From: an uncultured Saprospiraceae bacterium
GTDB lineage: Bacteria > Bacteroidota > Bacteroidia > Chitinophagales > Saprospiraceae
Assembly: GCA_938041325.1 (NCBI GenBank)
Contig: CALIAG010000387.1
Coordinates: 1-13,084 of the forward strand
Reading direction: 5' to 3'
Length of the DNA stretch: 13,084 nt
Numbering within the stretch: position 1 is the stretch's first letter; each line of letters begins with the position of its first letter. The notes below the pieces were generated by a model that searched no databases, had not been told where the DNA came from, and saw nothing but the letters and a program-made list of their open reading frames with translations. The translations under genes and the position numbers were made by a program. Shown here piece after piece: positions 1-7,454 of the stretch.

Positions 1-124
1 GAGTGGATATTATGTGAATACAGTTGGGCAATATGCTAACGAAGAAGTAATAAAAAAGAACCTTCAGAACCAAGGGAAGTCAAAATATACCGAGTTGCAC
101 CGAAATCAACTCAAATTATTTTGA
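1..124 (+). CDS. 3' end of an unidentified protein-coding gene (partial, about 40 C-terminal codons, TGA stop at 122-124)
   Basis: Open frame from position 2 to the TGA at 122-124 with no internal stops. Translation is ...SGYYVNTVGQYANEEVIKKNLQNQGKSKYTELHRNQLKLF*. There is no start codon in the window, so it was not listed in the ORF track. A hairpin follows at 127-150. Confidence 0.35.
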   Translation, partial: SGYYVNTVGQYANEEVIKKNLQNQGKSKYTELHRNQLKLF

Positions 125-126
125 TA

Positions 127-150
127 CCCCGACGGCTCTGCCTCGGGCTA
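127..150 (+). other. GC-rich hairpin (ccccgacggctctgcctcggg) just after the upstream stop codon; terminator-like but with no U-tract
   Basis: Stem CCCGA/TCGGG (5 bp, alternatively CCCCGAcgg) with loop cggctctgcc, seen directly. Its 5' half (ccccgacg...cgggg.tag) resembles the first hairpin of repeat copy 1 at 341-360. Confidence 0.3.
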
Positions 151-344
151 GTTCATTGATGATGGTTTATTTAATGTCCTAATAGACCAGGACGATTTAA
201 GAAGAGGGAATTTTAATAATTGTGAATTTGAATAGGCGCAATCATAAAAAAACGAACTGCCAACAAAACGTAAACGTAATGCGGAGTTTTGGGTTAAATC
301 CAAAGGTCTGTGTATATTTATTAAGTCACCAAACCTTATGCCCC

Positions 345-487
345 GACGCTTCGGGGTAGCTTTGGACAAGAAAAAATAAAACGAAACGATAAGCTTTAGC
401 TTTGTGCGCAGACCTGCCTCGCTGGTAGGCAGGCGGAAACGAAAAGTTTCCTTACTTCCGCACTAAGTTTAGCTCGAGCGTTGGGCA
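345..487 (+). repeat. Copy 1 of a ~143-bp structured intergenic repeat family; the core is a 3-stem module: closing helix, CCTGCCT..AGGCAGG hairpin, GGAAAC..GTTTCC hairpin
   Basis: About 85-90 percent identical to 4388-4530 in the same orientation (direct alignment of gacgcttcggggtagctttggacaag...gtgcgcagacctgcct...aggcaggcggaaacgaaaagtttcc...). Hairpins: CCCCGA/TCGGGG at 341-356, CCTGCCT/AGGCAGG at 414-433, GGAAAC/GTTTCC at 435-451, and a closing helix GTGCG(403-407)/CGCAC. It ends 47 nt before the ATG at 534. Confidence 0.75.
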
Positions 488-533
488 TAAGATAAAACCA
501 CAAACAAACTACTGACTAAAAACAATATAAATT

Positions 534-1622
534 ATGTCTAATAGTATCACTGAAATTGCAGTTTTTGGAAATGTCGTTGAATTAAAAGAGCATATTAAAA
601 AGAGTGCTGTTTTTTTACCAAGGGGAATTTTACAAGAAGTAATTTTCTCTGGATGGAATCAAGGGGAAAATGTCGAAATACTAGAGATATTAATTGAAGC
701 AGGTGCTAATATTGATGGTGTAGAAGGAAACTTAAATGCTACCCCATTATACACAGCGGCTATGATAGGTAGTTTTCCTGACAGGTCTTTTGCCGTAACA
801 GACTATTTATTAAAAAAAGGTGCAAATCCCAATATTAAAAACAGTAAAGGAGAAACGGCTCTATTTCAAGCCGTAAATACAATAGCAGACAAAACAGTTA
901 AAAGGTTAATTGAAGGAGGTGCAGATATTAATATTAAAAATAATGATGGTATTCCTTTATTACACAAATGCCTTTTAGCATACAAAGGTTTTTTAGCCGC
1001 TAACCTTGATGAATTGTTTGATGAAAAAACAAAAAAGTACGTGCTTAAAAATCTAGATCATGTATTACAATCGAATCCAGATTTTACATTAAGAAACCCT
1101 CAGAACCGCACTATTATTCAAGAGTGCTTGGTTCATAAAATTTTTTTAGAAAGAAAAATCACTTCAACTATTCTAAAGTCATTAATTGATAATGGCTGTC
1201 CTACCAACGTAAATATTATAATTCCTGAGGAGAATTTAGAATTAAGTCTACTTGCTTATGCTATAGTTACAAATCCAAAACATTCTTTTGAAGTGATAAA
1301 TATTTTAACAGATGAAAACAACATCTTGGAGAATGAATTGGGTACACCAAATATATTTGAGTTAATGTATTATAATCCTAAAGTTGGCATGGAAATATTG
1401 AAGTCAAGACCAACTTTAATTAAGAGCGAATATTTAGAAGGTACATTATTACATTACGCAATCGAATCTGAAAGTATCTCTGTAGAAATTATTGAATTTT
1501 TAATAGAAAAAGGTATCAACCCAAATAAAATAGATAGTTCAGGAAGTACAGTTTTATCATTAGCAATTAAAATGAATGTAGACAAACATATAATTGAACT
1601 ATTAAGTAAACATCAAAAATAG
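534..1622 (+). CDS. Ankyrin-repeat protein (362 aa)
   Basis: ORF with an ATG start. Repeated ankyrin-like units (e.g. LIEAGANIDGVEGNLNATPLYTAAMIGS, LLKKGANPNIKNSKGETALFQAV, LIEGGADINIKNNDGIPLLHKCL, LIEKGINPNKIDSSGSTVLSLAI). No signal peptide. Confidence 0.85.
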   Translation: MSNSITEIAVFGNVVELKEHIKKSAVFLPRGILQEVIFSGWNQGENVEILEILIEAGANIDGVEGNLNATPLYTAAMIGSFPDRSFAVTDYLLKKGANPNIKNSKGETALFQAVNTIADKTVKRLIEGGADINIKNNDGIPLLHKCLLAYKGFLAANLDELFDEKTKKYVLKNLDHVLQSNPDFTLRNPQNRTIIQECLVHKIFLERKITSTILKSLIDNGCPTNVNIIIPEENLELSLLAYAIVTNPKHSFEVINILTDENNILENELGTPNIFELMYYNPKVGMEILKSRPTLIKSEYLEGTLLHYAIESESISVEIIEFLIEKGINPNKIDSSGSTVLSLAIKMNVDKHIIELLSKHQK

Positions 1623-1847
1623 ATTAATAAATCCTATGCCTAACAAACTAAAAAACATAGGGCGTTTGTGCTAAACTCAATGTTCTGAGCATATAAGAAA
1701 AGTCCGCTAAAAATAAAATTGGGCGTTTATAAATGAAAAGATAAAAGCAAAATATTTGTAGTTAGCTAAGTAATAAACCGAAACAAAAGTGCTTATCAAC
1801 TGACCTACGTTTCTTATACTGAACGATAAAGACAATTAGAGAATCCA

Positions 1848-2687
1848 ATGAAAACAATTACATTACCCGACGAATTAAATTTAAGTTCTTCTAAGTCTAT
1901 TGTGGTTTATGATTATAAAAGCATCACTGAAATATCGAAACAACAAATTTTATTAAATAAAAATACGTTTAGCTTTCTTCAAGAAGGAACTAAAGAAGTG
2001 TTTTTCGACAATTCTGCATATGCTATTGATAATTCTCAATTTCTATTAATGAAATCGGGGCATTGTTTAATGACAGAAAAACTCTCTAACGACTCAGAAA
2101 ACTATCGCAGTGTATTGTTTTTCTTTTCTGACGAAGAAATTTTTAGATTTTTACGAAAATTCAAATTAGAAACTTCTAATTCTAAAAAACTGTACTCAAC
2201 ATATTCGTTCAATTATGATTCATTCATCGAAAGATTTGTCGAAAGCCTTTTAGATATTTCAAAACTTTCTAAGCCAATGCAAGAAAACATTTTGAAAACA
2301 AAACTCGAGGAAATAATGCTTTACCTCACAGACTTAAAAGGGTTAGACTTTATTTATTCCTTGATTAACAATAGTGATAATCAAAATCAAAAGTTCATCC
2401 AAACAATTGAAAGCAACAGATTAAATAAACTCACAATAAAAGAGCTTTCATTTTTATCCAATATGAGTGTATCGACTTTCAAGAGAGAATTTGAGAAAAA
2501 ATTTCATAGTTCACCTAGTAAGTGGTTTCAAGATAAAAGACTAGAACATTCAGCTTTTCTGCTAAAAAACGAGTCAAAAAGACCTTCAGATATTTTTGAA
2601 GAAATTGGATATGAAAACTTATCGAATTTTATTCAAGCTTTTAAATCAAAATTCGGAGTCACTCCAAAACAATACCAATCAAGTTGA
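1848..2687 (+). CDS. AraC/XylS-family transcriptional regulator (279 aa)
   Basis: The C-terminal ~100 aa carry the classic AraC-type double HTH (LTIKELSFLSNMSVSTFKREFEKKFHSSPSKWFQDKRLEHSAFLL ... IGYENLSNFIQAFKSKFGVTPKQYQ). The N-terminal domain is a ligand-binding-like region. Confidence 0.85.
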   Translation: MKTITLPDELNLSSSKSIVVYDYKSITEISKQQILLNKNTFSFLQEGTKEVFFDNSAYAIDNSQFLLMKSGHCLMTEKLSNDSENYRSVLFFFSDEEIFRFLRKFKLETSNSKKLYSTYSFNYDSFIERFVESLLDISKLSKPMQENILKTKLEEIMLYLTDLKGLDFIYSLINNSDNQNQKFIQTIESNRLNKLTIKELSFLSNMSVSTFKREFEKKFHSSPSKWFQDKRLEHSAFLLKNESKRPSDIFEEIGYENLSNFIQAFKSKFGVTPKQYQSS

Positions 2688-2781
2688 ACTTTTGTCAATA
2701 CTTTTTGAACTTTTCTGATTAACACAAAACCTGAATTGCTCTCTAGATTTGCATTATAAATTAATAATTAAAACAAATATT

Positions 2782-3339
2782 ATGACAAAATCATTTCAAA
2801 TCTTAACAGTATTAATTGCTTTATCAACCTCAGTTTTCGGACAAAATACATTTACTTTATCAAGTAATGACTTAGGTGGACAAGCTACAATTAACGAAGA
2901 ATTCAACGGCTTTGGATGTACTGGCGAAAATCAATCCCCACAGTTATCTTGGAAAAATGCTCCAGTAGGTACCAAAAGTTTTGCTATAACAATGTACGAC
3001 CCTGATGCGCCTACGGGCAGCGGATGGTGGCACTGGGTTGTATTTGATATCCCAGCAAGCACGAATGAGTTCGTATCTGGAGCTGGAAATACGGAACTAA
3101 ATCTAACACCTGAAGGTGTTATACAAAGTATTACAGATTATGGAGCAAATGGTTATGGTGGACCTTGCCCTCCAGAAGGACACGGTTTACACCAATATAT
3201 AATTACAGTTTACGCTCTTAAAACAGATAAACTTGGATTAAATGAAAGTACAAATCCTGCCGTAGTTGGATATTACCTATGGAATAACACATTGGCTAAG
3301 GCGAGTATTGTGACTTATTATCAAAGAAGCAAGAAATAA
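2782..3339 (+). CDS. Secreted YbhB/YbcL-type PEBP family protein (phosphatidylethanolamine-binding / Raf-kinase-inhibitor-like), about 185 aa from the ATG
   Basis: PEBP signature YDPDAPTGSGWWHWVVFDIP and PCPPEGHGLHQY (the YDPDAP..HW and GxHxY motifs). The ORF-track start at 2749 is a TTG codon. The ATG at 2782 gives a clean signal peptide, MTKSFQILTVLIALSTSVFGQ. The stop is at 3337-3339. Confidence 0.85.
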   Translation: MTKSFQILTVLIALSTSVFGQNTFTLSSNDLGGQATINEEFNGFGCTGENQSPQLSWKNAPVGTKSFAITMYDPDAPTGSGWWHWVVFDIPASTNEFVSGAGNTELNLTPEGVIQSITDYGANGYGGPCPPEGHGLHQYIITVYALKTDKLGLNESTNPAVVGYYLWNNTLAKASIVTYYQRSKK

Positions 3340-3404
3340 AAACTGTCTCTAATAAGGGTAACCGTTGCACAAGCCCCTTAATCGGCAAAATGATGGATTG
3401 ACAC

Positions 3405-3427
3405 AAGCCTCGTAAAGAGGCTTTTTC
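3405..3427 (+). terminator. Rho-independent terminator downstream of the PEBP gene
   Basis: Hairpin aagcctc-gtaaa-gaggctt (7-bp stem) followed by ttttcc, 66 nt after the stop codon. Confidence 0.6.
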
Positions 3428-3656
3428 CTTATTGAATCAGGGTTGGAAGTGAAGATGAAGGCTTCCCTGTTTGATAGATGTCCAAATCGACCACCGACCT
3501 CAAATGCCTGTAAAATTGTTCTTGGGAACCCTGAACAAAAGCTGCTAACATCCAGGATGACAATTAATTTCACAGATTATATCACTAAATAAAGGGAAAA
3601 AATGTTTAGTTTAAAATAATTTATAAGCAATCCCAAAAATTGAAACCATAAGAATA

Positions 3657-4283
3657 ATGAACAATGAAGCGCAACATTCAAATGATATAGGTCTTGATAA
3701 ATTGATTTCAAAAGCTAAAAACAATTCAGCTAAAGACATGTATGACACCAAAAAAGAACCAAGAAAATCAATGGGAGTCTATTTGAAAAATCAAAATAGA
3801 CTCATAATGAATTCAATTGCGATCGCAGATAAAAAAGCAGCAATTTTGATTAGAATAAACACTGCAATAATATCTGCTTTAATTGTATTTGAAAGTTACT
3901 TTGAAAATACATCTTTTAATAATCAAATTATACCAATACTAATTATTGGGCTTTCTATTTCATTGATTTTTGCCATTCTCGCAGCAAAACCTTTCAGCTA
4001 TATTATGTATAAAGTTTTTAATAAAATCATCAAAAAGAAATATCCAAATTTAGAAGAAAATAACTTCATGATTTTTGAAGTACCAGAATTTGAGAAGTAC
4101 GAATTATCAATGCAAAAGGTTTTAAAGAGTCAAAACTTACAAATTGGTAACCTTACTAGATTTAATTATTTTATGAGCAAAAGCATCTCTAGGAATTACT
4201 TACAACTAGAAATTGCTTACACTGTTTTTTTAATTACATTCTTAATAGTTGCTGTTTTCTATATAAGTTCAAACTACTTTTAG
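3657..4283 (+). CDS. Hypothetical membrane protein with three predicted TM helices (208 aa); function unknown
   Basis: ATG start. The hydrophilic N-terminus of about 60 aa is followed by two adjacent hydrophobic helices (AAILIRINTAIISALIVF; IIPILIIGLSISLIFAILAA) and a third at the C-terminus (AYTVFLITFLIVAVFYI). No recognizable catalytic motif. Confidence 0.6.
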   Translation: MNNEAQHSNDIGLDKLISKAKNNSAKDMYDTKKEPRKSMGVYLKNQNRLIMNSIAIADKKAAILIRINTAIISALIVFESYFENTSFNNQIIPILIIGLSISLIFAILAAKPFSYIMYKVFNKIIKKKYPNLEENNFMIFEVPEFEKYELSMQKVLKSQNLQIGNLTRFNYFMSKSISRNYLQLEIAYTVFLITFLIVAVFYISSNYF

Positions 4284-4387
4284 CAAGCAACAAGCGGCAA
4301 AACATTTGTTGTGAACTGTAATTAAGATGGTGGAACCGACCCACCAAAGTCGTTTTATAGGAGAAGGTGTTAAACCACCTAAAGGAC

Positions 4388-4530
4388 ACTTCGGAGTAGC
4401 TTTGGACAAAAAAAGAAAAAACAAAACAATAAGCCTTAGCTTCGTGCGCAGACCTGCCTTGCCGGCAGGCAGGCGGAAACAAAAAAGTTTCCTTGCCTCC
4501 ACACTGCGCTTAGCCGAACTGTTAGGTGAC
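4388..4530 (+). repeat. Copy 2 of the ~143-bp structured repeat family, same orientation as copy 1
   Basis: Aligns with 345-487. The near-perfect palindrome cctgccttgccggcaggcagg at 4453-4473 is followed by GGAAAC-aaaaaa-GTTTCC. The closing helix GCGCAG (4445-4450) / CTGCGC (4507-4512) is shifted by a few nt relative to copy 1. It ends 12 nt before the ATG at 4543. Confidence 0.75.
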
Positions 4531-4542
4531 AAATTAATCAAT

Positions 4543-4920
4543 ATGAAAGTTACTGCCGAAAAAAATGAAAAAGTTGCCAATATGATATTTGCATCCATTT
4601 ATCCACTTTACCTGAATAGATTGGAGAAAAATGAAAGAACAAAAGAAGAACTCGATCAAGTAATTAAATGGTTCACTGGTTTTGATCAAGATGCCTTACA
4701 GGCTCTTATTGATGAAAAAGCAACCTTTAGAACATTTTTTCAAAAAGCTAAAATAAATCCAAACGCACACTTGATCAAAGGAGTCGTTTGTGGTTATCGT
4801 ATTGAAGAAATAGCGGATGAATTTGAATTGTATAAACAATGCAGACGTATGGAAAAGCTGATCGATGAATTGGCAAGAGGTCGTAAAATGGAGAAAATTT
4901 TGCGTGAAGAAAAAAAGTAG
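4543..4920 (+). CDS. DUF2200-family protein (125 aa)
   Basis: The ORF-track frame 4327-4920 is taken from the ATG at 4543. The upstream 72 codons lie over the repeat element and read as low-complexity K/R-rich text. The product MKVTAEKNEKVANMIFASIYPLYLNRLEKNERTKEELDQVIKWFTGFD...GVVCGYRIEEIADE...LIDELARGRKMEKILRE matches my recollection of the conserved DUF2200 family (family assignment is from memory). Confidence 0.65.
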   Translation: MKVTAEKNEKVANMIFASIYPLYLNRLEKNERTKEELDQVIKWFTGFDQDALQALIDEKATFRTFFQKAKINPNAHLIKGVVCGYRIEEIADEFELYKQCRRMEKLIDELARGRKMEKILREEKK

Positions 4921-5054
4921 AAACCGGTGCTAACAAAACCTCAATTGGATTAAAGCACAGTTTAACCGAAACGTTGGCATTCCAACACAACGGGTCCAAA
5001 TCGTATCCTGTGCAATAGAGAAAAATTTTACTGCCTCTGAGTGCAAATCCTTAG

Positions 5055-5077
5055 TATATTTGCGTATCATATACGCA
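5055..5077 (+). promoter_or_regulatory. Bacteroidetes-type -7 promoter box (TAtaTTTG, 5055-5062) overlapping a perfect palindrome TGCGTAT-cat-ATACGCA (5061-5077), immediately upstream of the nrtR-like gene
   Basis: TAnnTTTG matches the established Bacteroidetes sigma-A -7 consensus. The 7+3+7 palindrome spans the predicted TSS about 5 nt upstream of the ATG at 5082. This is a candidate (auto)repressor operator. Confidence 0.45.
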
Positions 5078-5081
5078 TATA

Positions 5082-5756
5082 ATGAAAAATACCATTCAAC
5101 TTACTGTAGATGCCGTCGTGTTTGGATACGAGTCGGGAAATATTTCCGTGCTACTAGTGAAACGTAAATACGAACCATATAAAAACGCATGGGCATTGCC
5201 AGGAGGCTTTGTGCTAGAAAATGAAAATCTTGAACAAGCCGTGGAAAGAGAGCTCTCTGAAGAAACCGGTGTAAAGATCAACTATCTCGAACAGTTGTAT
5301 ACGTTTGGTGATGTAGCACGTGATCCTAGGGGCAGGGTCGTATCGATAGCCTATTTTGGGTTGGTTAAACCAAATGCGTTTAAACTGCATGCATCGACCG
5401 ATGCCCAGAAGGCCGAGTGGTTCAATATCGCTCAACTACCAAAACTGGCCTTTGACCATAAAAAGATTGTACAAATTGCCATTGAAAGGCTTCAGGGAAA
5501 GATTACCTATGAACCTATTGGCTTTGAATTACTAGATAAAAGGTTTCCTTTTTCCGATTTAGAGAAATTGTATACAACCTTGTTGGGCAGGGAAATAGAT
5601 CGGCGAAATTTCAAAAAGAAAATTACAAGTCTAAAGGTATTAGACGAATTAGACGAGAAGGTTTCTAAAGGGCGAGGCAGGCCTGGCAGTCTTTTTAGCT
5701 TCAATCAAAAGCGTTATTTCCAACTTAAGAAAGCGGGAATCATCTTCGAAATATAA
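5082..5756 (+). CDS. nrtR: NrtR-like Nudix-related transcriptional regulator (N-terminal Nudix fold plus C-terminal winged helix), 224 aa
   Basis: Nudix box GGFVLENENLEQAVERELSEETGV (the GX5EX7REUXEEXGU pattern). The C-terminal ~80 aa are basic and wHTH-like (KKKITSLKVLDELDEKVSKGRGRPGSLFSF). It is positioned directly upstream of nadV-prs, as in described NrtR regulons (established knowledge). Confidence 0.75.
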   Translation: MKNTIQLTVDAVVFGYESGNISVLLVKRKYEPYKNAWALPGGFVLENENLEQAVERELSEETGVKINYLEQLYTFGDVARDPRGRVVSIAYFGLVKPNAFKLHASTDAQKAEWFNIAQLPKLAFDHKKIVQIAIERLQGKITYEPIGFELLDKRFPFSDLEKLYTTLLGREIDRRNFKKKITSLKVLDELDEKVSKGRGRPGSLFSFNQKRYFQLKKAGIIFEI

Positions 5757-5796
5757 CCCTTTTTAGTCGTGTCAAAATTTAATTTGCGTAAAAAAA

Positions 5797-5855
5797 ACAC
5801 AAAATAGGTTGTGTGTTGAAAAAGCGCATATTATATTTGTGTCATAATTACACAA
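5797..5855 (+). promoter_or_regulatory. Candidate promoter and operators of the NAD-salvage operon: -7 box TAtaTTTG (5832-5839) overlapping inverted repeat TTGTGT-N7-ACACAA (5837-5855); a second everted ACACAA-N8-TTGTGT site lies at 5797-5816
   Basis: Palindromes seen directly. They are placed in the 221-bp gap between the nrtR-like gene and the nadV-like gene. TAnnTTTG is the Bacteroidetes -7 consensus. Confidence 0.45.
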
Positions 5856-5977
5856 ATAAATGATATTTGAAAGAGAGACTAAATGTGGGAATTGAATTTT
5901 AAATATTACGAGATTAATAGCGTTATGTTTCAATATTAGAGGCCCATATTTCCAATAATAAATAAAAATCGAAAATT

Positions 5978-7432
5978 ATGAACGGATTACTACTCACCGA
6001 TGGATATAAGACCGGACACCACCAGCAATACCCAAAAGGAACAGAAGAAGTATATTCTAACTGGACACCTAGAAGTAACAAATACGCACCAAAAGGCTGT
6101 GACAAAGTACTTTCCTTTGGACAACAATATGTGATGCAGTGGTTGCATGATTATTTTGAGGATAATTTCTTTTCAAAACCAAAAGCATCCGTTTGCGATG
6201 AAATAAAAACCGAATTATCATTATACCTTAATGCGGACTATGATGTGACACATTTCGAAGATTTGCATGACCTGGGTTATTTGCCCATTCGAGTGAAGTC
6301 TCTAGACGAAGGGGTCGAGGTTCCCATTCGCGTGCCGATGCTAACGGTAGTAAACACCGATCCTAAATTTTACTGGGTCACCAATTTTCTTGAAACTATA
6401 TTATCGACCATGTTGTGGTTGCCCATGACCTCGGCTTCCATTGCATTGACCTATAAACGTATTTTCAAAAGATGGGCCTTAAAAACAGATGCCGAAAATA
6501 TAGCTTTTATTGATTTTCAAGGGCACGATTTTTCAATGAGGGGCATGGGTGGTCTTCAAAGTGCAGTAGCTTCGGGCATGGGTCATGCGGCCGTATTTTT
6601 AGGATCCGATACGTTGCCGGTGATTCACGGACTTCGAAAGTATTATGAAGCGGAAGGCTTTGTAGTTGGATCTGTGAACGCTACCGAGCACTCCGTAATG
6701 TGTGCTGGCACCAAAGATGATGAAATAGGTACGTTTCGACAGTTGATGAAAACCTACCCCACGGGAATTTTATCTGTAGTGAGTGATACCTGGGATTTAT
6801 GGAAAGTGCTAACGGAGTACCTTCCAACATTAAAAGAAGAAGTATTGGCCCGCGATGGTAAACTGGTGATACGCCCCGATAGCGGTGACCCTGTTGATAT
6901 TATCTGTGGAACAAATACTCAAATGAGTAAGGGCACTCCGGTTGAAAAAGGAGTTGTCGAATTACTTTGGGATGTTTTTGGGGGAACAACGAACAAGGAG
7001 GGCTTTAAAGTATTAGACCCACATATTGGAGCTATTTATGGTGACAGTATCACCACAACACGTGCTGCGGATATTTGTCAACGATTGCATGACAAAGGTT
7101 TTGCCACAACCAATGTGGTATTGGGTATTGGTTCGTTTACCTATCAATTTAATACCAGGGATACCTTCGGGTTTGCTATGAAAGCTACTTCGGTAGTAGT
7201 TGACGGCGCGCGCAGGGAAATTTTCAAAGACCCTATTACAGATGACGGCGTAAAAAAATCTGCAAAAGGATTAATTCGGGTCGATAAAGTAGATGGCGAT
7301 TATGTGTTGGTTGATGAAGTAACGGAAGCAGAAGAACAAAATGGGGAATTAAAGGTGATTTTCGAAGACGGCAAGTTCGTACATAAAACCGCTATAGAAG
7401 AAATTAGGGCTCGAATAAACGAACGGGTTTAG
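5978..7432 (+). CDS. nadV: Nicotinamide phosphoribosyltransferase family protein (NadV/Nampt; possibly the Namat-type NAD-reconstitution enzyme), 484 aa
   Basis: The N-terminus LLLTDGYKTGHHQQYP and the overall length are typical of NadV/NAMPT. It is followed by a prs homolog as in nadV-prs operons. Confidence 0.9.
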   Translation: MNGLLLTDGYKTGHHQQYPKGTEEVYSNWTPRSNKYAPKGCDKVLSFGQQYVMQWLHDYFEDNFFSKPKASVCDEIKTELSLYLNADYDVTHFEDLHDLGYLPIRVKSLDEGVEVPIRVPMLTVVNTDPKFYWVTNFLETILSTMLWLPMTSASIALTYKRIFKRWALKTDAENIAFIDFQGHDFSMRGMGGLQSAVASGMGHAAVFLGSDTLPVIHGLRKYYEAEGFVVGSVNATEHSVMCAGTKDDEIGTFRQLMKTYPTGILSVVSDTWDLWKVLTEYLPTLKEEVLARDGKLVIRPDSGDPVDIICGTNTQMSKGTPVEKGVVELLWDVFGGTTNKEGFKVLDPHIGAIYGDSITTTRAADICQRLHDKGFATTNVVLGIGSFTYQFNTRDTFGFAMKATSVVVDGARREIFKDPITDDGVKKSAKGLIRVDKVDGDYVLVDEVTEAEEQNGELKVIFEDGKFVHKTAIEEIRARINERV

Positions 7433-7454
7433 TGTAGCATTTAAAATTTTCAAT

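Noticed and set aside
148-369. 73-aa minus-strand ORF
   Set aside because: Overlaps the intergenic hairpins and repeat copy 1. Composition is low-complexity, with no RBS-like context or domain.
2749-2781. Longer PEBP start at 2749
   Set aside because: Position 2749 is a TTG codon. The ATG at 2782 yields a canonical signal peptide, so the shorter form is preferred. The alternative is not excluded.
3349-3573. 74-aa minus-strand ORF in the GC-rich intergenic segment
   Set aside because: Spans the plus-strand terminator of the PEBP gene. No recognizable motif. More likely noncoding.
4327-4542. N-terminal 72-codon extension of the DUF2200 ORF in the ORF track (MVEPTHQSRFIGEGVKPPKGHFGVALDKKRKNK...)
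   Set aside because: The extension lies exactly over repeat copy 2 and reads as K/R/A/L-rich low-complexity text. The conserved protein begins at the internal ATG 4543 (MKVTAEKNEK...).
4234-4598. Two overlapping minus-strand ORFs (82 and 109 aa) across repeat copy 2
   Set aside because: Both are translations of the repeat element and of the 3' end of the membrane-protein gene on the opposite strand.
5214-5704. Antisense ORFs within the nrtR-like gene
   Set aside because: Contained within a well-supported Nudix-wHTH gene.
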